Notes under the pieces: model-generated
Told to the model about the DNA's origin: nothing
The model's input: the letters and a program-made list of their open reading frames with translations, nothing else
Database searches by the model: none
In this document: positions 9,178 to 17,686 of the stretch, in pieces
Position numbering within the stretch: the stretch's first letter is position 1
Layout of the letters: each line of letters opens with the position of its first letter
Made by a program: the position numbers and the translations under genes
IMG/VR virus record: IMGVR_UViG_3300014205_000205
Coordinates: 1 to 64,000 of that record
Source of the DNA: a virus
Lineage: Duplodnaviria > Caudoviricetes
Length of the DNA: 64,000 nucleotides
Direction: 5' to 3' (one strand)

Positions 9178-9869
9178 TGCAGCAGACAAAGCTCTACGGC
9201 CTGGCCGAATTCGCCCAAGCTCTCGGTTGGGACAAACGGAAACTGAGCACCTACGTCGCCCGCGGTGTGATGCCGGCGCCTTACCAACAGTTAGCCAGCG
9301 GCCCGGTCTGGCTAGGGGCCCAGGTGGATGCGTATAAAGATGGAGGGAAAGGGATGGTCGCCATGATGCGGGAAGAGGCAATTGGTCTGGTCAATGCCAC
9401 GGCAGACAAAGACCTTTGGACTTTGGAGGACCGTATACCCTTCGCTGCGCTACCCCTACCCAGTGGGCTTCTCAGGTACTCCGAAAACGCTCGTTTCGAG
9501 ATCCGCGAAATACTGCTCCATGAGTCCTTCGGCGCAAAAGACCAGGAAGACTGCCGGTATTGGACGGCGCTAGCGGAAAGGGTTCACGTGCCAGGGCGTG
9601 CGCCCAACGAACTCTACCAAGACTATGTGCGCCGTTACTTTACCGGACACACGTTTCCGGAGGGCCCCAGCTTCGCCAGTGATCCGCAGTGCGTGCAAAC
9701 CTTACCTCTGTGGAAACTGGACGGCCTGGATTGGGGCCAATACGCTCCGGTATTGGATAACGACCTGTGCGTGTTCGAAGTGGTTCATAAAGATGCGGAC
9801 CGCGAAGAGCTTGCCCGACGCGGGCGGCTCTGGGATGAGACTGCGAATGCGTTTCGGTATCGCCGGTGA
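9177..9869 (+). CDS. AlpA/MerR-type HTH fused to an unknown C-terminal domain
   Basis: LYGLAEFAQALGWDKRKLSTYVARGVMPAP..LASGPVW. Confidence 0.7.
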   Translation: MQQTKLYGLAEFAQALGWDKRKLSTYVARGVMPAPYQQLASGPVWLGAQVDAYKDGGKGMVAMMREEAIGLVNATADKDLWTLEDRIPFAALPLPSGLLRYSENARFEIREILLHESFGAKDQEDCRYWTALAERVHVPGRAPNELYQDYVRRYFTGHTFPEGPSFASDPQCVQTLPLWKLDGLDWGQYAPVLDNDLCVFEVVHKDADREELARRGRLWDETANAFRYRR

Positions 9870-9874
9870 CGCGG

Positions 9875-9911
9875 AAAGCTCGGCCTCTTCAATTGTGAGG
9901 GACCGAGCTTT
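9875..9911. terminator. Bidirectional terminator between convergent blocks
   Basis: AAAGCTCGG-CCTC...GAGG-GACCGAGCTTT stem at the strand switch. Confidence 0.8.
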
Positions 9912-9927
9912 GTTTAATCTACGGCTA

Positions 9928-10122
9928 CTATGAGGTAGACAAGATCGCGGGAACGACCACCGTGCCCACCATGACCAAAACCAAGGTGCGGAGGGTAATC
10001 CTCCCCCAGGCCAAGCGATAGCCTGTGTAGGCGAGGACAACCACAAGCAGGCAGTAGATCCACAGCGGATCCAGTCCCCACCAGACCAGGAGCGCCAACG
10101 TCAACGCGACGGTCCGGCCCAT
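9928..10122 (-). CDS. Small membrane protein
   Basis: 64 aa, hydrophobic segments; start trimmed to MGRTVAL. Confidence 0.6.
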   Translation of the reverse strand: MGRTVALTLALLVWWGLDPLWIYCLLVVVLAYTGYRLAWGRITLRTLVLVMVGTVVVPAILSTS

Positions 10123-10175
10123 GTAACCACCCCATGGAGATACGGGTGGGGACCAGGGAAGTTCGGCACCAACGC

Positions 10176-10212
10176 AAAAAGCCCGGCCCCTCAATGAAGA
10201 GGAGCCGGGCTT
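10176..10212 (-). terminator. Rho-independent terminator
   Basis: AAGCCCGGC/GCCGGGCTT stem followed by T-run on - strand. Confidence 0.75.
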
Positions 10213-10216
10213 CGTT

Positions 10217-10495
10217 TCATCCTTGCTGGGGAGGGTTCGCTTTGCCCGCCTTGTTGATGGCCCAGTACCCGGTAGCGATGAGGTACAGGACGGCCATCAC
10301 CTGCGCATACGCGTTCAGGTTTGCTGAGCCCCACACAGGGACCCAGCCCAGGACGATGGGAGCGAGTAGCGAAACGCGTCCGGTCCAGCTATCAGGCCAG
10401 ACCTTGCCTTTGTTGAACTGGATCGAGACGAACAACCAGAGTCCAAGGAGCGCGACGGTCTGCATGTCGACGTTTGGAATGGTCGGGAAGTCCAC
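10217..10495 (-). CDS. Holin-like membrane protein
   Basis: 92 aa, 2-3 TM segments, charged C-terminus, in lysis region; GAGGAGG RBS. Confidence 0.6.
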   Translation of the reverse strand: MDFPTIPNVDMQTVALLGLWLFVSIQFNKGKVWPDSWTGRVSLLAPIVLGWVPVWGSANLNAYAQVMAVLYLIATGYWAINKAGKANPPQQG

Positions 10496-10514
10496 GAAAG
10501 ATTACCTCCTCAAT

Positions 10515-10538
10515 AAAAAAGCACCCGAGTTGGGCGCT
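10515..10538 (-). terminator. Rho-independent terminator
   Basis: AGCGCCC-AACTC-GGGTGCT-TTTTT on - strand. Confidence 0.7.
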
Positions 10539-10545
10539 AGGTTGA

Positions 10546-10782
10546 TCAGTTAGTTTGCAAATGGTTCCAACACTGAACGGCGTCAAACCCCGAGACGGAC
10601 GATGTTCCGCCAGAGGTCACGATCCACGGAGATGGTGTCCACGGCGTTCCTGTGTTCGGATAAGGCCAACTCGGGACCGGTTGAGCAGGAACGCGGTTCG
10701 TCTGGGTGCCATCCATGAGTTGCTGATACTCTGCTATCTCAGTCGGAGTTCCTTCGAGTCGTCCGTCAGGGTGCTTGATCAT
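10546..10782 (-). CDS. Hypothetical protein
   Basis: 78 aa ORF; GAGGAGG RBS. Confidence 0.6.
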   Translation of the reverse strand: MIKHPDGRLEGTPTEIAEYQQLMDGTQTNRVPAQPVPSWPYPNTGTPWTPSPWIVTSGGTSSVSGFDAVQCWNHLQTN

Positions 10783-10804
10783 CGAAATGCGACCTCCTCA
10801 AATG

Positions 10805-10828
10805 AAAAGCGCCCCATTTTAGGGGCGC
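10805..10828 (-). terminator. Rho-independent terminator
   Basis: GCGCCCC/GGGGCGC stem plus TTTT on - strand. Confidence 0.65.
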
Positions 10829-10962
10829 CGGTTGACGTGTACTTTTTGGGGCCAAAAGCGGGGGTATCTAGGGGTGCGGGCACCTCGGAAAAACGTCACT
10901 GAGAGGTTTGTAGTGCGTCGGTCCTGCGATGCTACTGCCGCAAGGGTTGCGTGGTTCGCCTC

Positions 10963-11517
10963 TCAGATGTTCTCCCAACCAGGGATTTCTAGGACCTTTT
11001 CGCCGCGTCGCCGGGCCGCGTACAGGGCTTCTGCCGCCCGAGCCGACAACTCCTCACGAGTGATAAGTGTTATCGGCAATTCATGGTACTGCTTGGCCAT
11101 GAGGGTAAGGGCGCGTTTGCTTCTGGCATCGAGGCATCCTTTGCTTTCCCAGATGGTGCGAACCCCATCGACCCATAAATGAAAATCGGGCTTGTAGCCA
11201 ACCGTCTTGCCGCGCTTGGTCGTGAGCAGATACTCCTGCCCTTCGTAGCGATAGAACTTTCCTATCGACGACGGTTCGCCCTTCTCGGTCCATGGCGTGT
11301 AGCCGATGAAGCGGAGTAACCGCTCGGTGTTGGCCTCCAGGTTCGACTTGAGCGAATGGCCCAGGTCCGGTCGCGGGCCGACGTTGGCATTGAACTTGCT
11401 CCGTTTCGCCTTCTCTTCGGATGACGCCAACCACTCTTGGTATTGCTTGGTAGAAGCGCGCCCTTTCTGTTCAGTCCACCATTCCCGCGGAGGGGCAAGG
11501 CCTTGCGGATGCGTCAT
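10963..11517 (-). CDS. PD-(D/E)xK nuclease, T7 endonuclease I / resolvase-like
   Basis: YKPDFHL...IWESKG motif. Confidence 0.75.
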   Translation of the reverse strand: MTHPQGLAPPREWWTEQKGRASTKQYQEWLASSEEKAKRSKFNANVGPRPDLGHSLKSNLEANTERLLRFIGYTPWTEKGEPSSIGKFYRYEGQEYLLTTKRGKTVGYKPDFHLWVDGVRTIWESKGCLDARSKRALTLMAKQYHELPITLITREELSARAAEALYAARRRGEKVLEIPGWENI

Positions 11518-11535
11518 GTTTAGACCGCCCACGGC

Positions 11536-12252
11536 TCAGCACCTCCGCCCGGTGTCCACCCACGCGTTCACCGCAACCAAGGGTACGCGCCGGATGAAGG
11601 CCAGCCAGTATCCACCATAGAGCGTTAAGAACTCCCTGGCGTTCGCCCAGTAATCTCCTTTGACGGAACAACTGACCCGGACCATTTCCACTTGCGTGAA
11701 CCCACCGTCTCCGCGCTGTTCCCGAATGGCCTTCGCTCCGTTGAGCAGCACCCAATGGTTTGTGCCGCGATTGAACATACTACCATCGGACCGCTTTTCA
11801 TACGGGCCATCACCCTCAAAGGTGATAGTCGTCATACCTACATAGCCGGATTGGAGGTAAAGCCGCAGGCGATGAAACCACGGATCGATAAGACTCCACG
11901 GTGCCGTCGCCCACGGATTATGCAGGTCTTGCTGCCAACGGGACATATCTGGGCCAACAGGGTCGATGACCACCGGCTCGATCAAGCGCAGCTTGTTATG
12001 CAGCCACGGTCCACCCTTGCCGATGAGGTCCTGCCAGTTGAGGGGCGAATCTTTGTAGGTTCTGGTGCTACCGCCGTGGAAAGGTTGAAGGCTTCCTTCG
12101 TAAAGCTCTGGCAGCCGCTCAGCAGTCCAGCCGACCGCGCCGGCCAGGCAGCAAGCGCCGCAATCGCCGTAACTGTGAAACCGCGGGGACGGCTGGTGGA
12201 TAGCGTGCGAATCCACTTCAACACTCCAGTTAAACCGGTTCATGTCCATCAC
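11536..12252 (-). CDS. Papain-like (C39-like) cysteine peptidase
   Basis: YGDCGACCLA Cys motif and GTNHWVLLNG His motif. Confidence 0.6.
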   Translation of the reverse strand: MMDMNRFNWSVEVDSHAIHQPSPRFHSYGDCGACCLAGAVGWTAERLPELYEGSLQPFHGGSTRTYKDSPLNWQDLIGKGGPWLHNKLRLIEPVVIDPVGPDMSRWQQDLHNPWATAPWSLIDPWFHRLRLYLQSGYVGMTTITFEGDGPYEKRSDGSMFNRGTNHWVLLNGAKAIREQRGDGGFTQVEMVRVSCSVKGDYWANAREFLTLYGGYWLAFIRRVPLVAVNAWVDTGRRC

Positions 12253-12419
12253 TCGCCGCTCCCCTCGCCAATGGCCCGTTGCATGTCAAGGATGATGGCC
12301 TTTGCTTGGTCCAGGGCGGTGAGAGCATCCTCCATAGAGATACCGAAGGCCTGCTCCACAACGGTATCCGGCCCTTCGTCGGGGTCTTTGTACTCGATAA
12401 CGACCTTAATGCCGCTCAC
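12249..12419 (-). CDS. Small acidic hypothetical protein (56 aa, absent from ORF track)
   Basis: GTG after GGAGGGGAGAG; MSGIKVVIEYKDPDEG...; stop overlaps next start. Confidence 0.65.
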   Translation of the reverse strand: MSGIKVVIEYKDPDEGPDTVVEQAFGISMEDALTALDQAKAIILDMQRAIGEGSGE

Positions 12420-12567
12420 CTCTCCCCCTCCTTCCCTTCCTCCCGTAGCCGCGCCCAGCCCTCTCCCGGCCTCGCCACGCGCTCAGGGGCACCCGCCTTT
12501 GGATGCCCCTTGGGTTTGCGCGGCGTCTCGCCGGGGTCCGCGGCATACCGTTTGGCCGCGTCTGTCG

Positions 12568-13368
12568 TCATGATACACTCACCGTCCTGGTCCGCTCGTC
12601 GTAGGACACCGTTTTGCCCGTGGCTTCTGCGAACGCCCGCAGGTCCACGCGGGTCGTGCCGCTCTCCAGCTTCCCGCCGCAGTCCACCTCGACGCCTTTG
12701 TACAGCACCGTCACCGCATCCTTGGCCCGCGGCTTCTTCGCCGCCAAGCCCAGCGCCTGCGCGATACCTTCCGCCAGCGCCGTTGCCACCGTGGGGATGA
12801 AGGAAACCTTGCGCGCCGCGGCCACATCATCGGGTGACGTGCCGAAGAATAGCTCGAAGAGGATGGCGGGCCCCACCGTATTCCGCAGGATGCCGAAGTC
12901 GCTACACATGACGGTGCCCCGCCACGGGACGCCGAACGTCGCCAGGGCATCCTTGACGAAGGGGTAGATAGTTAAGGCCAGCGGGTATGACTTGGGGTCG
13001 GTGTGGTTGGCTTCCGCGTCCAACCAGTCGCCCTTGCTGGTCCAGACGTAGACTGAGCCGCCGCGGGCTTCTGGATTGCCGGCCGCGTCGTGGTGGGTGC
13101 TCACGAGGAGGTCCGCTTTGGTGTGGAGTGGCAGGACGTTGTTCGCCACCGCCGCCCGCGCTTTGAGTTCGCCGGCTAAGTCGCCGGGCTTGGCTAAGGC
13201 TGTGTTCGCACCTTCGTGGGTCATGAGTACGTTCACGTCATAACGGGCTAGCGCCGCACGTAGGGCTTGGGCGAAGTGCCAGTTTGTCACCGCCTCCATG
13301 ACGCCATCGGTTGCCGTGGAGCCTTGATCCCATGCGCCGTGGCCAGAATCTAGTACGACGGTCTTCAC
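12568..13368 (-). CDS. Endolysin: N-acetylmuramoyl-L-alanine amidase (Amidase_3) with C-terminal stalk-like domain
   Basis: VVLDSGHG, E(AVTN), LLVSTHHDA, ILFELFF; C-terminal TRVDLRAFAEATGKTVSYDERTRTV. Confidence 0.9.
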   Translation of the reverse strand: MKTVVLDSGHGAWDQGSTATDGVMEAVTNWHFAQALRAALARYDVNVLMTHEGANTALAKPGDLAGELKARAAVANNVLPLHTKADLLVSTHHDAAGNPEARGGSVYVWTSKGDWLDAEANHTDPKSYPLALTIYPFVKDALATFGVPWRGTVMCSDFGILRNTVGPAILFELFFGTSPDDVAAARKVSFIPTVATALAEGIAQALGLAAKKPRAKDAVTVLYKGVEVDCGGKLESGTTRVDLRAFAEATGKTVSYDERTRTVSVS

Positions 13369-13382
13369 CGCATCACCTCATT

Positions 13383-13622
13383 TCAGTGCGTCACCAGGAA
13401 AGTGATCAAGCCCACCGCGACCGCCAGCAACACCGATTGCATCACCGAGTCAAACCGCGAGGGACGATCGAGCTTTTTCTCTACCTTGCTGTTCGTTTCT
13501 TTTTGGTCTTCCCACCGATCGGTTTCTTGCTTGGTATGTGCCTCAAATGTTGCGTCCAGGGTGTTCAACCTCCCACTTAGCTGTTCTGCCGCTACCCGCC
13601 ACTCTTCGGCCACGGCAACCAC
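13383..13622 (-). CDS. XhlA-like lysis accessory protein
   Basis: Coiled coil plus single C-terminal TM, immediately upstream of amidase. Confidence 0.6.
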   Translation of the reverse strand: MVAVAEEWRVAAEQLSGRLNTLDATFEAHTKQETDRWEDQKETNSKVEKKLDRPSRFDSVMQSVLLAVAVGLITFLVTH

Positions 13623-13658
13623 CTCCGATCAAAATGCAGGAACATTTCGGTATGCGCA

Positions 13659-13749
13659 GAATCATTGGCCCTGCGGTGCCATGGTTGTACCTGCCAAGAT
13701 TCGGCCATGGCAAAGGGAGATCGCCGCCTCCGACGATCTCCCTGCCGCA
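13659..13749 (-). ncRNA. Candidate cis RNA: three-way junction plus pseudoknot (element 1)
   Basis: P1 13749-45/13676-72; P2 10 bp; P3 8 bp; P3 loop GAAUCUUGGC pairs with downstream GCCAAUGAUUC. Confidence 0.55.
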
Positions 13750-13774
13750 CTACTCCCCCGCTACTCAAGCGGGG

Positions 13775-14962
13775 TTAAAACTTATACCGCGCCCGCCGCC
13801 GTCCGTCGTCGTACTCGACCGGCACTTCCCGGGCCCCGGCCGCTTCCATTAGTGGCCGATACCAACCATAGACCCCGCCAGGTGCCCGATTCTCCAGGCC
13901 GAACTGCCCCTTGAGTTCCGGCTTATGCACGCCGCTGACGTAGACTTCAAGCGTCTCCACATCGATCTCAATCACAACCGGGGTCTGGTAGGGACGTAGA
14001 GTCAGTTGGCCGTATCCAGTCTGGTCATTGCGCGCAGGCAAGCCGGGGAGCTGGCGGGCGTTGCTAGTCAGCCAAAGGTAGCAGGCATCGTCGGACCAGT
14101 CGCGCCCAGTGGCCATGGCGTAGGAGATGTAGCAGGCTTCCAGGCCAGCCGCGATCGGGGCCGCGAATGAAGTGCCCATATCCCACGACCCCGGCACGCG
14201 CCCAACGGCCACGGCATCTACCTCGGGGTAACTGGAGGAGAACTCGGACGGCTTCCATGGCAGCCAGTCCATCATGGTGCCGGTGTCAGGCATCCCGCCG
14301 TGGTCAATCGCGCCAATGGCCGTCACGTACTCATAGGCACCCGGGTATGACCGCTCTACGATGTCTGCGGAACCCTTGTCCAGCGAGGTGTTGCCTGCTG
14401 CCGCGATGAGTGGCATTTGCTTGCCCTCGTGCATCGCCACACCCAAAGCCAAAGCCGGATTGGCGTCACCACCGATAGAGGCGTTTGTGAGGTGCCCCGC
14501 TTCGGATGCTTTCTGCAAGCCCAAGCCGGCCGTTGCGTCCTCGCAGTAACCTTGGTCACCAAAGATGCGGATGGTGCGTATCTGCGCCTTTGGGGCGATG
14601 GCCAGGACGATCCTTGTCACCAGCGAACCGTGGCCCAGGCGGTCGAGTAGGTCAGCCGGATCTCCACCGGGGGCCAGGTTAAGCCCACCGATGAGCGCGC
14701 CTTCCGGCACCTGCTCAGGATGTGGAGCGCCAGAGTCTACGACGTTGATGATCACACCTTGGCCAGCGAAGCCCATGCGATGCAGGTCTTCAGCGAAGGT
14801 CTGGAACTGGTTGGCACTCGGGAATGGCGCGCCCGCCGCCAACCGTATCTTGGGTGTCTCGATCTTGAACAACGCGGTCCCTCCCTGACTGATAGCAAAA
14901 TAGGGGCTCCCCGAAGGAAGCCCCATCTGAGACGAACTCAATTTAACTGTGGAAATTCTCAA
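13775..14962 (-). CDS. Subtilisin-like S8 serine protease with C-terminal stalk-like domain
   Basis: VVDSG, LGHGSLV, AAAGN, MGTSFAAP catalytic motifs; start uncertain. Confidence 0.9.
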   Translation of the reverse strand: MRISTVKLSSSQMGLPSGSPYFAISQGGTALFKIETPKIRLAAGAPFPSANQFQTFAEDLHRMGFAGQGVIINVVDSGAPHPEQVPEGALIGGLNLAPGGDPADLLDRLGHGSLVTRIVLAIAPKAQIRTIRIFGDQGYCEDATAGLGLQKASEAGHLTNASIGGDANPALALGVAMHEGKQMPLIAAAGNTSLDKGSADIVERSYPGAYEYVTAIGAIDHGGMPDTGTMMDWLPWKPSEFSSSYPEVDAVAVGRVPGSWDMGTSFAAPIAAGLEACYISYAMATGRDWSDDACYLWLTSNARQLPGLPARNDQTGYGQLTLRPYQTPVVIEIDVETLEVYVSGVHKPELKGQFGLENRAPGGVYGWYRPLMEAAGAREVPVEYDDGRRRARYKF

Positions 14963-14980
14963 TCCTTTCGCCCATAATGG

Positions 14981-15301
14981 ATGGCAAAGGGGTGTTGCCG
15001 AATGTTTTCGATCGTTACTTTCATCGTTATGGGCGTCGTTTGCTTGTTGGTGTCATTCAACGTTTTCCGGATCCATACGCCAAATCCGTTCCTAGACTGG
15101 GTGTTCTTTGGCACGGCGGCACTATGCTTCATCGGCGCGGAGTTAGCCAGTATCTGGCGGCGTACAGCCATAGCGTCAGAATCAGCCGCCGAAGCTCTAG
15201 ACCGGCAAACCGCGCTGCTAAGGAGCATTGCGTTCAACTTGCCGAGCGCGGTAGAACCGACTGGTTTGGAATCAGAACCCAGCGCCGACGAACAAATCTG
15301 A
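14981..15301 (+). CDS. Two-TM membrane protein opposing the late operon (moron-like)
   Basis: Two hydrophobic helices plus acidic tail; fills the gap between integrase and protease. Confidence 0.65.
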   Translation: MAKGCCRMFSIVTFIVMGVVCLLVSFNVFRIHTPNPFLDWVFFGTAALCFIGAELASIWRRTAIASESAAEALDRQTALLRSIAFNLPSAVEPTGLESEPSADEQI

Positions 15302-15343
15302 AACTAGGGCCATACTGCCCACGGCTCTCATCAGAATTCCCGC

Positions 15344-16276
15344 CTACTGCGGCATGTAACGATTGTACTGCTCCTGTCGGCGTTTACCGCTTAACTGCGC
15401 ATACAGCTGAGTGGTTTCGGGCTTCTCATGACCAAGAATCGACTGCACTGCCGACAACTCCGCCCCACCGTTGAGCATGGCGGTCGCCATCGTGTGCCGG
15501 AAACTATGGGGGTGGACCTTCTCCCGCAAGCCGCAACGGTTAGCGACTTGTTTCACCGCCCACCAAATTTGGTGCGGGCTGAGCCGATGCTTGAAACCCT
15601 TGCCGTTGGTGAACAGGTATTCGCAGTCATCCTCGCGCTTGTCCAAGTACCGCTTCATCCACAGAGCCGCCTTGGCGTTGAAGTAGACTTCGCGTTCTTT
15701 CGATCCCTTGCCCATGACAACCAGACAGCGACGGTTCCAATCGATGTCCGCCTGCTTGATGTTGGATACCTCCATAGCCCTGCCGCCCGACGCGAAAAGG
15801 AACTCGACCAAGGCGTGTTCCCGCACGGTCTTGCAGGAGTCTCGGATGAGTTCCAGCTCGTCGAAGCTCAGGGCCTTCGGAATCCTCTGCGGCTGTTTCG
15901 GCTCCCGCAACTTGTGCGCAGGACTTCGAGCGAGGACATCCTCCTCTACGCACCACGTGAAGAAGGACCTAACCATCCGCACACGATGAGCAATGGTAGA
16001 CGCCTTCCGACCTTCTGATGCCTTCCCGCCGATATAACCCCGCAAATCCAGGAGGGTAATCTCCTCGATGGGCTTGTCGCCGATGTTCCGGGCCAGCAGT
16101 CGCAACTGGATGTCGTAACAGCGGAGGGTGAAGGGCGAATACCCCTCAGTCCTCCGCTGTTCACGCCACGCGACCACGGCCTCAGAGAGTAGAGTCCGTA
16201 TCCTACACTTCAGGTTCTGTGATCTGCGGCAGGAACGGCACCAGGTCGGCGTAGGCGAATCCGCTATAGGTGACAC
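15344..16276 (-). CDS. Tyrosine recombinase (XerC/D-like)
   Basis: ASGGRAMEV, GKGSKER, HSFRH, LGH, TQLY: full R-K-H-R-H-Y set; true start uncertain. Confidence 0.92.
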   Translation of the reverse strand: MSPIADSPTPTWCRSCRRSQNLKCRIRTLLSEAVVAWREQRRTEGYSPFTLRCYDIQLRLLARNIGDKPIEEITLLDLRGYIGGKASEGRKASTIAHRVRMVRSFFTWCVEEDVLARSPAHKLREPKQPQRIPKALSFDELELIRDSCKTVREHALVEFLFASGGRAMEVSNIKQADIDWNRRCLVVMGKGSKEREVYFNAKAALWMKRYLDKREDDCEYLFTNGKGFKHRLSPHQIWWAVKQVANRCGLREKVHPHSFRHTMATAMLNGGAELSAVQSILGHEKPETTQLYAQLSGKRRQEQYNRYMPQ

Positions 16277-16406
16277 CGTGGTCGTTGAACCACTGCCGCA
16301 CCATATGCACCAACCAGTGCTCGGTCTCCACCGTCACAGCCGCACCGTCTACCGGGTCCACCTGGGTCATCGCCCAGATTACTGCGTCTATCGTCTCAAC
16401 AGGCAT
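16203..16406 (-). CDS. Small hypothetical tail-module protein
   Basis: ATG after GGAGGCGG. Confidence 0.6.
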   Translation of the reverse strand: MPVETIDAVIWAMTQVDPVDGAAVTVETEHWLVHMVRQWFNDHGVTYSGFAYADLVPFLPQITEPEV

Positions 16407-16419
16407 GTGTTTCCGCCTC

Positions 16420-17673
16420 CTACTGCATTTCCACAACGATGGTCAGAGCGCCGGATGCGGGAGCGGAGCCGAACGTCACCCGTACAATCAGGTTGCTATG
16501 CAGTCCCTTAAGCGCAGGGACAGCCTTTTGCGTTGTTGCCGCTCCGGTCGCCGTTGCTCCTGCCTGAAGCACCAGCGAACCGGATGACGCTAGGTTGGTC
16601 GCCTCTGCGTATAACAGTCCAGCCGAGTTTACCGATGTAGACCCAACTGAGCGATTCGCCGTATACAGCGCCACTGTAGCTGCCTGATTGTGTGTGTTGT
16701 AGCACGAGATCTTAAACTCACCAAACCGTCGAATCTGATCCTCGGTGAGCAACCCGTGCGTGATGAGGTTGTAATCGTGAATGCTTGTGTCCGTGATCGC
16801 CACGGCGGCGACGATGGTCAAGCTGTTCTGGTTGTGCCGTGTACTGACCATCAGCACGTTCTCGGAGTCTGTCTCCAGCGCACCACCTTGCCCGTCGGTG
16901 CGGGTTGGCTTCGTCGTGTGGTAGACGCCACCGATTTGCGTAGCCCTGTTGGGTGCGAGACGCCCGTTGCGTCCCTCGCTTAGTGGTGAGACGATGACGG
17001 ATTCGCCCAGCACCTCTACCGTGAGGGAGACGTAATCCGTGTAGATGGTGGAGGGGCCGCTGCCGTCGCTGGGGTAGGTTGGGTGAAGCAGGGCGTTGAC
17101 GATGCCGGTGGCGGGGTCGATTGCCACACCCAGGAGACTGCCGGTTAGGTTAGGCGAAATCGCAGTCGGAGTACTAGCTGTGTGCGGAGTACCCCGGTCA
17201 AACCATGCGCTCGTATCATTGTGCCACATTTTGCATGTCGCCCCGTATGCTGGGACACCACCATTGACGCCTACCCCGTAACAATACGCATTCATGGTCA
17301 ATGATTGGATGTTGGCGATGAGGTCCGCTACCGTCCAGTTCTGCGGGACCTTGCCACGGCGCTTGAGATCGTTGAGGACATCCCAGGCAAAGAGTTGCTG
17401 GGCGTAGTAGTTAAGGCCAGTTGTGTTGCCGATGCTTGTTGAGTTCCCATCGCCTTGGGTTACGATGCTCGTGTAGTTTGCTGCGCCGAACTCAGTCAGG
17501 AACGAGGCTGGCGTCCCAAATGTAGTAGCGGATACGTACTTCGCCACGTGCGGTACGTCGGTGATCACGCCAACCGTCTTGCCCTTGAAGTCCATCGTCT
17601 GGCTGACGTAGGGCTGACCGTCAAGATTACTGCCCGTTACTTCGCTTTTTACTTTCCCTTTGATCAGTTTCAT
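16420..17673 (-). CDS. Putative tail fibre / minor virion protein
   Basis: 417 aa, beta-rich, T/S/G-rich, distal tail position. Confidence 0.55.
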   Translation of the reverse strand: MKLIKGKVKSEVTGSNLDGQPYVSQTMDFKGKTVGVITDVPHVAKYVSATTFGTPASFLTEFGAANYTSIVTQGDGNSTSIGNTTGLNYYAQQLFAWDVLNDLKRRGKVPQNWTVADLIANIQSLTMNAYCYGVGVNGGVPAYGATCKMWHNDTSAWFDRGTPHTASTPTAISPNLTGSLLGVAIDPATGIVNALLHPTYPSDGSGPSTIYTDYVSLTVEVLGESVIVSPLSEGRNGRLAPNRATQIGGVYHTTKPTRTDGQGGALETDSENVLMVSTRHNQNSLTIVAAVAITDTSIHDYNLITHGLLTEDQIRRFGEFKISCYNTHNQAATVALYTANRSVGSTSVNSAGLLYAEATNLASSGSLVLQAGATATGAATTQKAVPALKGLHSNLIVRVTFGSAPASGALTIVVEMQ

Positions 17674-17686
17674 TTAAGTCACCGTC

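Noticed and set aside
11692-12573. 293-aa + strand ORF
   Set aside because: Antisense to the peptidase and the 56-aa gene; low-complexity translation, no RBS.
15302-15343. attP next to the recombinase
   Set aside because: Only 42 bp, with no arm repeats or tRNA-derived core; no match to the tRNA-Gln 3' end noticed.
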